A DNA stretch of 64,000 nucleotides from Felis catus (GCF_018350175.1 NC_058368.1:153452001-153516000), one strand, 5' to 3'. Counted from the stretch's first letter, positions 1 through 13,366 are shown. A program made the numbers and translations. The notes: generated by a model not told the origin, from the sequence alone.

Positions 1-1693
1 AGAGAGGGAGAAAAGAGGCGGGAGAGAGAGGAAAGGAGAGAGTTTGATTTCTAGATTTGCAGTTGGGCAAATAACTGTTAGCTCAGTAGCTAGTAATGGG
101 GACACCTGCAAACTTCCTTAGGTGTAGGATATGATAATAAGGCTTTCCTGCTGATTCCATTAGTTAACTGACCTCAGGAGGTGATTTACTTCCCTGGAAT
201 GTAAAAAGGTCATTCCTAATACTTACTAATCAAGGTAGCAAGCTGGCAGTGTGCATGATACCAGTTTCATGAATGATCAAATCGGTTTAAGTTGTGGCTT
301 ATGCAGCTTTTGAAAGGTATTGTAGTAGTTCTTTGGGTACGGAAAAGCAGAGACCTCAAATAAAAATCTCCCAGGTATTTAAAAAAAGCCATCTAATGAA
401 ATTTAATTTCTAATATTGAAGGAGGATGGAAAAGTAAATGAAAGTTATATTGATGTTTTAAAATTTAAGCAGAAAAGGGTTATGTTAATTCAGAGATTTA
501 ATTGTATTATCTGGATCTAGGCAATTTAAAAATTGTAAATGATAGGGGATTGGGAGAGTATTTTTTTTTATAAACTTTATGCCAACAAAGTGCAAGTGAT
601 ATAAGTAATAAGTGCAGAATAAGTAGTTCCCACTGTGGTAAATCACTGCTTTGGCAAATATAACTTTTTTTGCGTATTATTTGTGTAGGGATATCAGGAA
701 ACAGTACTATTGAAAATGATCTTAAAATTGTATTACCAAGTCATGATATTAAGTAATGATTGGTAATGAAGTGGATTCTCTGTAGAAACCATTGGGTTTT
801 GTGTGAGAGTTCAGTAGGGCAAAGTTATCATTGCAAAACTCTGGAACTCATTTACTCACCAGCTTGTGATTAGCTGTGTCATAGTGTGCTACAGGTACCT
901 GGTTGTTGAGAAAATTGTATACTTCTGCAGTTCAATGCAGAATTCCATGTTGTTGTTTTTTTTGCCCCTAATATTCTTAGTAAGTTCTGTTTGATGTGTT
1001 GCAAAAGTCTGTCTGTGTGTTAGCATCTGTTCTTTGACTTTCTCATCCGTGAAATGGCATCGTCACATTGGATAGGTGTGATGAAGGGTTCTATTTTGCA
1101 GTATATTTTAAGCATTTTTCCTTAAGGAGCCCAAGAATATACAATTATCCCATTTATTAAGAGACTATCATGTGAGAGACTCCATTGTACAAAATAATAT
1201 GTGTATCACCGAGGTGTTTTTTGCTTTAAGGAACTAAGACTGTGTCTAGTGAGCTTAGGCCAAAAATGGAAATGAATTGAGTCAGAAACAGAGAAAAAAT
1301 TAAAAATGTAAGGCCTTAGGAAGGTCAACAACCAGGGTAGCTTCAGGGATCTCTATGGTAAAAACTCATGGAAAGTCTGTTTAGGGTACTAGAGTTGACA
1401 AAGTCCTTCCACCTTGTGTGACTCTACTCAGGTTTTATATCCTAAGAGAGAAAGGCTGATTGAAAGCGTGGGCTGGAAGTCTTCCCTGGGCCAGTTGCAG
1501 TGGGGAGTAATTTTAACATCGCATAGTCTTGATCATGTGCTTACTCTTTGTTGTAGTAGACCTCTCAGGACTCCATGGAATAGAAACCCTTAGAAAGAAC
1601 AGGGTACTGTTACCAAAACAGATATCCATTACACTAGCAGGACTTGAGTAAATCTCAGAAGAATCAGGTAGTAGGATAAAATAACTAACCTAC

Positions 1694-2277
1694 TGTATTA
1701 GTTTACTAAAGCTGCCATAATAAACTATGTAGACTGGGTGTTTAAAGAACAGGAATTTATTTTCACAATTCTAGAGGCTGGAAGTCCAAGTAAGGCCTTT
1801 CTCCTTGGCTTAAAGATGGTTGTTGTCAAGGTGCCTGGGTGGCTCAGTCGGTTGAGTGTCCAACTTTGGCTCAGGTCATGATCTTGCAGTTTGTGGGTTT
1901 GACCCCCATGTGGGGCTCTGTGCTGTCAGCTCAGAGACTGGAGCCCGCTTCAGATTCTGTGTCTCCCTCTCTCTCTGCCCCTCCCCTGCTCGTACTCTGT
2001 CTCTCTGTCTCTCAAAAAATAAATAAACATTAAAAAAAAAAAGATGGTTGTTGTCCTCCAGTGTCTTCACAAGGTATTGCTTCAATGTGTGTGGCCTTAT
2101 CTCTTCTTTTTATAAGGACAATAGTCATATTGGATTAGGGCCCACCCACATGACCTCATTTTTACCTTAATAACCACTTTAGACCCTAGCTTCAAATAGA
2201 GTCATGTTCTGAGATCCTGGGGGTTAGGACTTCAACATATGAAGGGGTGGGGGGTGGATATAGTTCAGGTCATTATA
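1694..2277 (-). mobile_element. MaLR solo LTR (MLT1A-like), interrupted by a Can-SINE
   Basis: Reverse-orientation MLT1 termini (tgtattagtt... to ...ttcaggtcattata) and internal motifs (ggctggaagtccaag, ttggattagggcccacc, gggggttaggacttcaacatatgaa); 5-bp TSD cctac at 1689-1693 and 2278-2282. Confidence 0.85.
1828..2039 (+). mobile_element. Can-SINE (felid SINEC_Fc type)
   Basis: tRNA-like head gtgcctgggtggctcagtcggtt, (CT)n tract, aataaa and A tail; 16-bp TSD aaagatggttgttgtc (1812-1827 / 2040-2055). Confidence 0.97.
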
Positions 2278-2419
2278 CCTACCTAGTAAGTTACAGGTTA
2301 AATGACAGTGTATTTAACTGGCCAGCATTGTCTTCAATCAATGGTATCTAAAATGTTGTTACCTAGTTTACAACATTTGTGTTGATGCCAAGGATTCATG
2401 TATCATTTTGTGTGAATTA

Positions 2420-2590
2420 TATTAATATATATGTGTACATATGTGTGCTCTGTGTCTAGGTATATATAGAATATATATACATATATGTACATATAGAATA
2501 TATATACATATACATATGTATATGTATATGTATATACATATATATATGTATGTATGTATATGAATATATGTGTATATACATATATATTTG
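2420..2590. repeat. Degenerate (TA)n/(TATG)n microsatellite
   Basis: ~170 bp of alternating TA/TG/CA units. Confidence 0.9.
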
Positions 2591-3392
2591 GTATGTAGCA
2601 TTAGGTACAAATACCCCCTGAGTAGAGAAGACAAACATCATTTCCTGTTTTGGCAAACTATGGCCTCTCTTGTTCTTAGAGAATTTATAATCCTTCATCC
2701 ACCACTCAAAATAGCTATTGTTTGACACTCTGGTTCTAGGAAAGGCCCACACAGAGGTGACAGCAAGTAAAGCAAACCAAGGGTAAAACCTAAAATAGGA
2801 ATTATTTTGTAACATATCTTTACTGGCTTTTCTTACAAATTTCTATAGTTCTTACGGTTTTTCAGGGGGTGGGTAGGTGGAGAGATTGTGTTTTAGATAA
2901 GGCCGTACATTTGCTTAAGGAAATCCTTTGTGTACAAGATTTGTTGTTTCTTAGATTTCTGACATTCAATAGCAAGTTATTTTTCTGCGTATTAAAAACT
3001 AGTAAACCTTGTCTTTTAAAACCCTTACACATAAGATATGGATATCTGCTCATTGTAAAAATGTAACAATATATGGAACTATACAGAGGAAAAAGCCAAC
3101 ATCTCTCTTCACGTTTTCCCTCTCTTTCTCCATCCCATTCTCCTCTTGAATGGCAGGCATGGTTAGAGTTTGGTTTGCATCCTTCCTGACTTTTTACAAA
3201 ATTCTTCTCATAATCATATAAGGACATGCAAAGAGTTTGGGGATATTTTAACTTCGACAGAAACAGAATTATAGATATTGTTATAAAGCTTTCCTTTCTT
3301 CATCTAAAAAATGTTGCTATTTTGGGTGGAATTTTAATACTAAACCCCACCACTGATCCACCTTCTCTCCAGGACTTTTTTTCTGAGTTGGA

Positions 3393-3406
3393 GATGATGA
3401 TGATGA

Positions 3407-3439
<33 letters not shown>

Positions 3440-3443
3440 TGAT
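3393..3443. repeat. (GAT)5(GAC)10(GAT)2 compound trinucleotide repeat
   Basis: Units counted directly. Confidence 0.97.
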
Positions 3444-4462
3444 TACTAAGCCCACTATAATTAACATACAACGTTATATTAGTTCCAGGTGTAGTCTCAA
3501 GGACTCTTGACTAAGAAACAATACCTCAATCGGGGAGGGGAGGAAGAGGGGAGCAAATTACAGTTAATGACTTCTAAAACAGGATAGCTGGGCAAGTGCC
3601 CTTATCTTTAGAAGGAAGTTTGCCTTATGTAGTGACAGTGGTCTGTGAGGGAGAGACCAAGAAGTCTAAGCAGACTTCTTTTTGCTCCCTGCTTCCTGTC
3701 TCAGTCCTGCTACCTAGCTGGTTCATGGATACGCATGGCTGGCCTGTGCCTGAGCCAGGCTCTGCTCTGTGAACTGACAGCATAGGAGCAGGAAGCGATA
3801 GAAAGCCAGTGGAAGTCTTCTAGCTTTTTAAGAGTAGTAGCCCTGCCACCAGTAAAATTTGATCCAGGAATGAGGCCGATGACACTAACAATTCGTCCTC
3901 TCCTGAGACACAGACGAGTGGCTGGGAAGCAGGTGGAGAGGTGGCTTGGGAGCATGGCAGAGGAGTGTGCCCTGTCCCGTGGGCTGCCATGGAAATATGA
4001 GCAGAATGATAGTGATTTCTTCTCCAGCAAACAAAGCTTGGAGACCTTACCATTTCAGCACACAGAGACTAAAATCATTTTAAAGGTGCCATTTTTTCCC
4101 CTAATAAATTTACATAGGATTTTAGAGTTTTAAAAACTTTCATCATTTTCCCCTTGTTTCAGCATCACAACAATTTTGTGTAGTATCAAACAATTTTTGT
4201 TTGGTAGAGATGAGAGTAAAGCCTTAAAGGGGGGCAGGGTGTTTGTGAATTCAAGATCTCTGGTCGCCTGGTTCCCTCTCCACTAGAACATACTGCTTCC
4301 TATTAAATGCTGGTTTATGTTTAAATTGGACAGGAAAAACTTAGGTACCACTTAAGTTATTTGTTAATAAGAACTGCTTTTCTGAAAGTCCTAATTTTGC
4401 CTCTCTGTTATAAATCTGATTCAATAAGTGTTTATTGAAAACTATCATTGACCTATTTCTTT

Positions 4463-5625
4463 TGTATTAGTTTTTATTTTGGATTCCCAGCGTCTGAACC
4501 CATCCCTCTGTTCAGGATGATTTTCTACCTTATTAATGTGGTTGGGGGTGGCATTTGCCTGTAATTATAGAACTGAAACTGACACTCGTGTATCCATCCT
4601 CCCTTGCAGCTAAGATATGTCTGTGTGATCTAGGCTTGGCTAATTTTTTTGCACCCACATTGACTTTCATTCGGCAGCTAGTGGCCCAAGAAGTAAGGGC
4701 AGAAAATCCTCTCAGCTGGCCGGTGGTTGCCATGGAAGTTTTAGTATCCAGTCTTCAAGGGCAGTTAGGGACACGGGGGCAGTGAGACCCAGTGGAGCTT
4801 AGCATATTCCCTGCTCTACTTGATAGTGGTAGTGTGTCCTCTGGTGTCCAGCATCTAGCAGTGGTGGTGCTTTGTCCCCATGGAACTACTTTGGGCTGTG
4901 ATTCTCGGTGTGGACTTGCTTTTTAATAATTTTTGCTCAGTCTCTAGGTCTGGTTCTCTAATATTGCAGTGATAAAAATATGAGCTGTTAAGTAACTTCA
5001 TTTTTTAAATTCATATGCAACAAATTCACTCTTCATGGTAGACATTTCTCTGGATTCTGACGTGTGAAGTATGGACTCACCACCACAGTCATGCTATCGA
5101 ACAGTTCCATCATGTCTCAGATTCCTCATACCACTTCTTTGTAGTTACTCTTCATCTACCCCAAGCCCTAATCTGTCTTCTATTCCTAGGGTTTTGTCTT
5201 TTCCAGAATCATAGACTATTACCCAATAACCTTTTGACAGTATTTAATTATTATATTAATAACCCTTAAAATAAATACTAATGCATTTTATTTTCTGCTT
5301 ATACAGTAATGGCTTAAATTTATTGGGTATTTAATATTTGCTTTGTTCTCTTCTTACTGAGCATTTTATCTGAATAAACTCATCCAATCCTCACTACAGT
5401 TCTAATAGGTAGATTCTCTTATTATCCCCATTTTACATATGAAAAAGCTGAAGCACACAGAGGTTAAGGAACGAGTCCAAGGCCATAGAGTAATAAATGG
5501 CAGAGTCAGGATTCAAACCCAGGGAGCTTGGTGCTAGACATACGTTTTTAACCTCTACCTCTACCATCTTGTAAATCTTTCAGAATTGGTTTCCGATGTT
5601 TGCAACTGTGACCTTAAATGACAGA
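4463..5625 (+). mobile_element. Old ERVL LTR (LTR33-like), interrupted by an L1 relic (~5000-5210) and a MIR
   Basis: Start tgtattagtttttattttggattcccagcgtctgaaccc, core cctcccttgcagcta...gtgatctaggcttggctaat and end cagaattggtttccgatgtttgcaac resemble the recalled LTR33 consensus. Confidence 0.6.
5315..5565 (-). mobile_element. MIR SINE
   Basis: MIR core attatccccattttacatatgaaaaagctgaagcacacagaggttaag...ggcagagtcaggattcaaacccagg. Confidence 0.85.
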
Positions 5626-5719
5626 ACTGGTAAGTAGAAGGCTCAAACTATACACTCTCATGGATGTTACCATTGGGTTGTAGAGACACACATTACTGAA
5701 ATAATCCCATCAATGAATC

Positions 5720-6080
5720 ATAATTACAAATGTAGGTAAGTCAAGGAAAGGATCACATTGTTTAGCGTCCATCACAAACAAATCTGATCTAGACTTGGGG
5801 ATCATGGAAGGGTTCTCTGAGAAAGTGATACTTTAATAGATTTGAGTGACTTACTAGATCAATTCTGTGTGGGAGCGTGTGGAGCATGTAATTGGAGCCT
5901 TCTAGAGGAAGCCTCAGGTACCAAGGTCCTGAAGCAGAGGGCAAGATGGCTGTTCTGACTGGAGCATGGAGGGTGAGGGGATCCCCAATGCTAGCCAAGG
6001 TAGGTGATATTAGAAGTAAGCAGGTGGTCAAACAATGTAGGGCCTTATAGGCCACGTCAAATACTGGTGAGGCTTTGTCT
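5720..6080 (-). mobile_element. L2 LINE fragment
   Basis: L2-type motifs ggaagggttctctgagaaagtgata, caaggtcctgaagcag, atgtagggccttataggccac; boundaries approximate. Confidence 0.6.
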
Positions 6081-8620
6081 CCCTCTAGTTCTAGATAATA
6101 ATGAAGAGCCTTTACTCACCCATGCAACAAGAATATAAAACAGAGGACAATGTGCATAAAGGACTATGCTTTGTTTTCTCATAGAGCAGGACTCATGGTA
6201 TGCCCAGCATCCCTTGCATGTTGCCTGGAAAGTATTCCTGGACCACTTGCCTTACCTCAGGAGGTTTCTTGGAATAGATTGGAATTCACTGATGCGTATT
6301 GGAGCACTGTGAGGCTGGCTTCCGGTTATTGTTAGGACTGACATGGCTACAGAATTTCTCCAAACCTCACATCTGCAAACTGCAGGGTGTGCAATACCTT
6401 GTACTTGGTGTCCTTAAGTGATTGGTAGTATCTCAATAAGCACAAGAGAGTTAGCAAATAGGCCCAATCTCTTCTCTCTGCAGGCTTCACAGACCCAGAC
6501 TCTAATGAACCATGGCAGCGTCAGAATGCAGCAGCGTTTTACAGATAAGGGCACCTGACACAAAAAGACCAGGTAACTTGGTCAGAGTTGCAAAAATCAT
6601 TCGAAGAGCCACAACTAATTGTCATGTTTTCTGACCTCCAAACCACGTGACATGTGTTTTGACACATATATTTCCAAAACAGATTGACAAAAATCATTGT
6701 TTAAATGGCTTAATTTGATAATGCTGGCTGATGCATTGCTATTTGATAGAAAGTAGATTTAGCTATCCAAGAAACACACAGTTGACTTTCTTCCAGATGC
6801 TGCAAGTACATTTTTAGTAAACTAATTTAAAAATCAGTAACAGAAGGCCTATGATGAACATTTTTTTGCTTTTTTTTTTGTCATTTTACATTTGACTAAC
6901 CTTTTATAACACCCAAATGTATGGGCATAATAAGTTGGTGCTGAGAGGAAAACTTTATGAACTTCTGAGGACCATAAAGCAGTTAGAAAATAAGTTAATA
7001 TTCTGAAGTGCATTAATTAATACTTTTGACTACCCTGACCAGTTAAGATCCTCAGAGACATATACCCCAATTTTGAATCCAATTAAAATGATCTCCATTA
7101 CTAAATTAACCCATGTACATTCAGATCTTGATATAAAATGACATAGTCTCAAGACACCAATTAATTAATCAAACATGCAAAAATATGTCAAGAAAATTAT
7201 TAATCCTTCTATTCTGATGTCAGATCTCAAAGGTTTTCAAACTTCTTGTATATTAGAAGTATTATATACTATGTCAATTCTTCTTCACTTTATTTAAAAG
7301 ATGACACTGAAAAAACATTTCACCATATGTTTGTTTTAGATGCAGTGAAAAAATGTTCTTTTCGAAACATATGGTGATGTAATTAGGTGTCTCTGAACAC
7401 AGCAAGGTTGGAAAGAGAAATGTTTGAACGAAATTGAAACCATTTGCTGCTCTGGTGTCACCCCCCACCTTCCCCACCAACATTAGTATCTTCTCTGAGT
7501 TATCACTGTTGTAATAAAGAAAAATTTTAAGCACTTGAATATGAGGAATGTCTGCTGTCACCTACCATGGTTATAGCAGATAGAATTCCAGGACTGCCTC
7601 TTCTTCCCTCTCACTGTGCAAAGCTATGTGACTCATGCTGTCAGTACCTCTTGCTGAGGAGTTTTGGCATTAATCCAGCATCATTGACATTTGTGTAATG
7701 TTTTGCAGCCGGGAGTCTGCTTTTATCTATGGCTTAGCTACCTTTATGCAGCCTCATGGGATTTATTTCTACTAATGGAGAGAGGCCTTGTGTTTCTTTT
7801 TCTTCAATAAAAATGTTTGTTTAAAAATATTTCTTCCTTTTCTGAGGTACTCAATGTCTGAAGAAAGAAAAAAGTTTGAAATTGGGCTCTATATGATATA
7901 ATGATAAGGACATTGGTTATTTGTTATGAAAAATTTAAATAAAAAATTCATGTAACACAATCTGGGTAACAAAACATCACGGTTTCAGATGGTTTTGGGT
8001 GTGAACATGTGTACTGTTTTTTCTTTATTTTTCCATCTCATTAGAATGTACACATGTTTACCAGTGTCTTGAGCAGTAGCATTTGTCACATTTGAAATAA
8101 GTTCATGAGTATATTTGAATACTTAACCTTTCATTTTAGGACATCAGTGCCTTATACTTCACTGATAACCAGAGTCTGGATTCTTTTTCTTAATTTTCTT
8201 TTTTTATTCTTTAATGTGCCTGACTGGAATGAATAATATGTGTTTATCTTAGGCATATGTTGTTTTCAGCCAAATTCATTGCTAACTGATATGGTAAGTT
8301 TCACTAATTTTAAGTCCTATTTTTATATCATTTATAGTGAGTTTTGGTTAACAAGTAAAACTGTCAGCAAACAAATGTGGATTGTGCAGCAATATACATA
8401 GGGTATAGATGTTATTGAGAGTGATGACTCATGATTGTTCAATGAATTATTTGCCTTCCTTCTTTGGTGATACTTTCTGTTGGTGAATATTGAGGAAATG
8501 AATCATTTTGTCTAGCTCTCTCAGCACAGTGACTTCCTAATAAACTTGTTTTTGTTTTTACCTTGCATCAGAACAGTACCTCCTGAGGTGAAATTCCATA
8601 ATGAGCCAAACCTTCTTCCT

Positions 8621-8807
8621 TAGTGGTTTGCAAACTTTAGCGGATACCGTAATCACCTGGAGGCTTGTTAAAATACAGATGGCTGGGCCTCCTCCCCAGA
8701 GTTTTTGGTTCAGTAGGTCCGGAATGGGGCTGCATCATTTGCACATCAAATGAGCTCCCTGGTGATGATAATGTTTTGGCCTGGGAACCACATTTTGAGA
8801 ACCACTC
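8621..8807. mobile_element. MER5A-like hAT-Charlie DNA transposon
   Basis: TIR-like ends tagtggtttgcaaac / ttttgagaaccact; internal aatcacctggaggcttgttaaaatacagatggctgggcc. Confidence 0.85.
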
Positions 8808-9544
8808 CTACGGAGCAACTGGAGTGCATGTCCTTTGGTCAATCATCTCTGTGTCCCACTGGAGACGGTGCAGTGTTCTACTGTTTGTTGAGACAGGCTC
8901 CAATCAGCTCCAGGTCGTTTCAATTTTATTTTGCCACATAGTTTGGCCACTTACCTTAGTTAACTTGTTCCCTTAACACTGAACTTTTCTTTTAGACCCT
9001 CCCACTGCCAACTGGGTCATCAAAGGTCTTTATTCTCTCCATGTGGCATGGTTGGTAAAAAAACAAAAAACAAAAAAACAAAAACATAGCTCCCTTTTCT
9101 TTAATATGCCTGAAGACAGGCACCCCGGTCCTTTTCTCTTTATGAGTTTTCAAGTAATCATTTTGGAAAAAGGAGTTCAATGAGATAAATAAACTGAACA
9201 ATTTTCCAAAGTTTGCAAATTCTCCCAGCAGTAATCTCTGGTATATAGCTCCAAACTTCCTTTAAAGTGATCACTGGAAGCCTCAGTGAGACTTTTTCTT
9301 GGGGTTTGTTCCGAAGGATGGAGCTCAGCAAAGGTAAAATACCCTTCTGATCTAGCCATCTGATGCCTTTCCTTCATGAGAACTCTTCAAAGGAGGAGAA
9401 ATAGTACCTCCTTGATTTAAGTAAAAAATGTAAATATGTATCTTTGATGACATCTTTGTCTAGGCCTTACTTGAAAATTATTATCCTTTTAATATTATGT
9501 CTCTGAAGGGTAATCAGTTATTTTGTTCTTTGAAATAATGTAAT

Positions 9545-9700
9545 GAGTGGTAAATATGACTTTAGAGATAGTCAGATTTGGATTGAGTCTTGGTTTTGTA
9601 TTTTATTAGCTGTGTGACCTTCCATATATCACATAAACTGGCTGAGCCTTCATTTCTTCACTTGTAAATTGAGAATGATAATAGCTACCTTGCATTGGTA
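9545..9700 (+). mobile_element. MIR SINE
   Basis: ttattagctgtgtgacctt...ctgagccttcatttcttcacttgtaaattgagaatgataatag. Confidence 0.75.
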
Positions 9701-9943
9701 TTTACTTGAGACATGCAACTATAACTTTCTTCTAAATAGACAATCTGACAGTCTCAGATTTGGATGAGATCTCAGATGAACCTTCTCTCTGTTACTGCTT
9801 CAGCTGTTATTTATTGAGTACTTGCTATATGCTGGTCACTGTGCACTCTTTAATCTACAGCATGTTGACCCTCTGACTAAACACCTATGGGGCAGACTAC
9901 TCACTACTGTAGACCAGTCTCCAGTACCTTTTCAGATTACTTT

Positions 9944-10136
9944 TTTTTTTTTAACTTTGAGAGAGAGAGAGAGAGAGAGAGAGGCAGAGAGAAAAGGAGA
10001 GAGAAAGAGAATCCCAAGCAGACTCTACACTATCAGCGCAAACCCGATGTGGGGCTTGAACTCATGAACCATGAGATCATCACCTGAGCCAAAGTCAAGA
10101 GTCAGATGCTTAACTGACTGGCCACCCAGGCACCCC
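9944..10136 (-). mobile_element. Can-SINE
   Basis: Poly-T, (GA)n, gagatcatcacctgagcc, gccacccaggcacccc; TSD tcagattacttt (9932-9943 / 10137-10148). Confidence 0.95.
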
Positions 10137-10638
10137 TCAGATTACTTTAATCGTTAAAAATTTGTTTCATAATTGGTAAAATCTACATCTCTATTAACCT
10201 CCACCACTGAACCATTATATATTAATCTAAAAAGCAACACAAAGCTCATGTTGTCAGTATGTGGCAGTTATTATGAGGTAATTTCCTTTAGAAGTTTGAA
10301 ATAAAATTTATCCTTTAAGAGTTAAAATTTAAGAACAACACAAAAGAGGATATTTCAGATATGTATATAGCCACCTTAAAAGTGTGATTGGTTCCAGGCC
10401 TACAAACTGGACTCTATCCAAGAGGTTGCAAACTCAACAGCTCCAGAGAGCTAGACAGTTAAAAACATACAGACAAAAAAACATCTCAAGTCCTATAAAA
10501 GGTGTAAATTTTGTAGCATCATCAATTGAAGTTATTATTTAGCTGGGTGTTGGGTCTAAGTCGCATTGATAGCAGGAGTATACCTTCCTCAGGTAAACTA
10601 GATTACATTGTCTATGTAAGAAAATCAGTCCTTGATGA

Positions 10639-11031
10639 TGTTATGGGTTGAATTGTGTCCCCACAAAGATGTTCAAGTCTTTACTCCCAGTATCCGTGAA
10701 TGTGACTTGATTTGGAAGTAGAGTCTTTGCAGATGTGATCAAGTTAAGATGGATTACATTGGGCCGTAATCAAATGACCGATGACCTTATAAGAAGTTGG
10801 AAATTAGGACACAGACACAGAACAATGCCATGTGATTATAGAAGCAGAAATTGGAGTGATTTCTAGGAAGACGTAAGAAAGGATCCTTCCCCAGAACTTT
10901 CAGAGAGAGCATGGCTATGCTGCTGCCTTAATTTCTTTTAGCCTCCAGAACTGTGAGACCATAAATTTCTGTTGTTTTAAGTCATCTAAGTTTGTGGTAA
11001 TTTGTCATGGAAACCCTAGGGAACTGATATG
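10639..11031 (+). mobile_element. MaLR solo LTR (MLT1B/C-like)
   Basis: Starts tgttatgggttgaattgtgtcccc; contains gcctccagaactgtgagaccataaatttctgttgttttaag; ends gtggtaatttgtcatggaaaccctagggaactgatatg. Confidence 0.85.
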
Positions 11032-12139
11032 CTTGGTGTTGGAGGTAGTGTGTATGCCTTTAGATAATTCAAGAGGAAATGTATTGCAGCTATTATGTAT
11101 AGAAAGATTGATACGGAATCATGGCATCTACTTTCTTCCTTGTGCTGATGGGGTCAAAGTCCACTGCTCTTTTCAGAGAAGGCAGAAACGGGAGCAGAGA
11201 AAAATGAACATTAAAATCAGGTGGAAACTGGAGGTATCAGAGCTCACAGGGACAGTAGTGTGGGACTTTTCATATTTGGGGATAGATAGAAATTCTTCAG
11301 GAGGGTATTTGAGACCCTGGACCAGAGCGGAGTCCCAAGTTGAGGCTGAGGGTTGATGAGAAAGTATATGATTCAGAGTTAGAAAGCAAGAAAATATCCA
11401 ATTGGGACACGTCTCTAAAAGCTTGTCTTCGTTCCCCTCCCTTAATGTTGTAAGTATACTTTTTTGTTGGATAGAGTATGTCTACTTAGTAAATTTTGAA
11501 TGCATTTTAGAAAATGTTCTCATTAGTCAATTGCTCAGACCCTCTGTAGAGTTCTATGTGAACTACCAAAAATGGTACCTTTTCCTCAAAACACATGATT
11601 TCCATCTGGTCAGATAAATTTCATAATAAATATGCAAATATATTAAATTCACATGAGAGTCAATGTTGTCAGGTTATATGTGGTCACTCTATACGGTGCA
11701 GTCCGTACAATGTGTATAACTGCATCGTGGTCTTACCTGGCATGTTCGGATTACAAGAATATCCAGAAAAGAAAGAGGTTGGTCAGCTTACCTGGCAAAC
11801 AGAAGAGAGTCACTGAAAAAAACGTTAACATTGTTTATCCAGTCCTTGTTCTGGGGAGTCAGATTTGCGGGTTTATCTGTCCATACTGTGCCATGGTCAC
11901 ATCACAACAAGTTACTGTGGCATTGGTTAGCATTTGATTCATACTATAGCTTTTTTATATTGATTACATGCTCACCTGCTAATTGTAATTTGACTTCTAT
12001 GACTAGGGCTCACTGGGCAGACTGAGTGGCTGGTTCCCTGTGATTGTGGTCTTTTACTAACTGCCTTAAGTTTGCTGTTGGGTACCAATGTTTTGTTACT
12101 CTCTTGTTGAAGGGTGGAACTACTCTCTGTTTTTTTGAC

Positions 12140-12488
12140 CTGTAGGATTTTGGGGTTGTTGGCAGCATTCATTTCCTTGCTGGCTGTTGGACAAGCACTG
12201 CTCTCACTTCCTTGTTGTGTGGCCCTCTCTATATGGAAGCTCACAACATGGCCACTTGCATCTTGGAAGATAGCAAGGGAAAGATTCTCCTATCAGAATG
12301 GCCTTAATGGGTTTAAATAATGTGGTCATGTGCATCCCATTATCTTTACCATATTTTATTGGTTAGATGCTTCTAACCAATAGTTACAAGTTACAGGTCC
12401 CACCCACACTCAAGAGGAGGAGATTTTATAAGGGTGCGAATACCAAGAAGGAGGGATCACAGGGCATGTTTAGAATTTTTGTGCCAAA
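12140..12488 (-). mobile_element. MaLR LTR fragment (MLT1E/F-like)
   Basis: gctcacaacatggc, ccatattttattggttaga, caggtcccacccacactcaagaggagg. Confidence 0.7.
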
Positions 12489-13162
12489 ATTAAGTATATA
12501 TCTGCTCAAGTACAGTTTATATTTCTTAGGCTTCCTTGTAGCTAGGGTGGCTCTAAGTTTGGGCCAATGGGAGGACAGGAGAAATAATGGGTGGAAGTTC
12601 TGTAATCTATTTTAATAAGGAATTTTTTTGTCATCCATTCTGCTCTATCTCCCCCTACCTGCAAGTGACAATGTAAATATGGTGGTGTTGACTCTGTCAA
12701 TGAAGATAACCCTAGGAGGTTTCTGGAAGAGGAACAGCATGAAAAGATTGTATCCCTGGATAACCTTTTAAGCAGAGCCACTTTGTCGGCCTTGAAATGC
12801 TCATGTCTGGACTGTTAAATGAGAGTGGGTAATCTTCTTTTTCCCCTAATTATGTTTCCAGAGCTTGGCTTAGGGCTCAGTCCACCTGCTTGGTGGGTGT
12901 TTGTCATGGCTATTGACTCTGCCCTTTGGACCTTTGGTTCTGCCCTCCAAGTCATCCTTGTCTTTTTCCCAAAAAGAAATCCTGAGTTTGCAATGAAGCA
13001 GCTTTCTCAGCCCGCTTTTTGCATGTAATATAGAGAGTAGTAAAAAGTCCTCTTTTTATTTAATATTTGGTATTTGTCCTTTTTTAGTACAGGTTGGCTG
13101 TGGTTCCACCAGAATAACTCTTTTAAAAACAATGTGTTTGTGTGTATTTAAATGTATGACTT

Positions 13163-13366
13163 GGGGCACCTGGATGGCTCAGTCAGTTAAGCATCTGACT
13201 CTTGGTTTTGGCTCAGGTCGTGATCTCCTAGTTTGTGAGTTCAAGACCCACGTCAGGCTCTGCGCTGACAGCTCTGTGCTGACAGCTTAGGATTCTGTCT
13301 CTCCCTCTCTTCCTTCCTCTTCCCTACTCAGTCTCTCTCAAAATAAATAACTAAACATTAAAAAAA
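13163..13366 (+). mobile_element. Can-SINE
   Basis: ggggcacctggatggctcagtcagttaag head and A tail; TSD taaatgtat(g/c)actt (13149-13162 / 13367-13380). Confidence 0.95.

Noticed and set aside
2422..2815. YI/HI-rich ORFs, and similarly CV/HT, poly-S, ER and KERK ORFs at 21390, 22830, 32885, 41868, 63114-63419
   Set aside because: Translations of microsatellites
3710..4133. Overlapping 77-106 aa ORFs in a slightly GC-richer patch
   Set aside because: No recognisable homology or splice structure; lengths expected by chance
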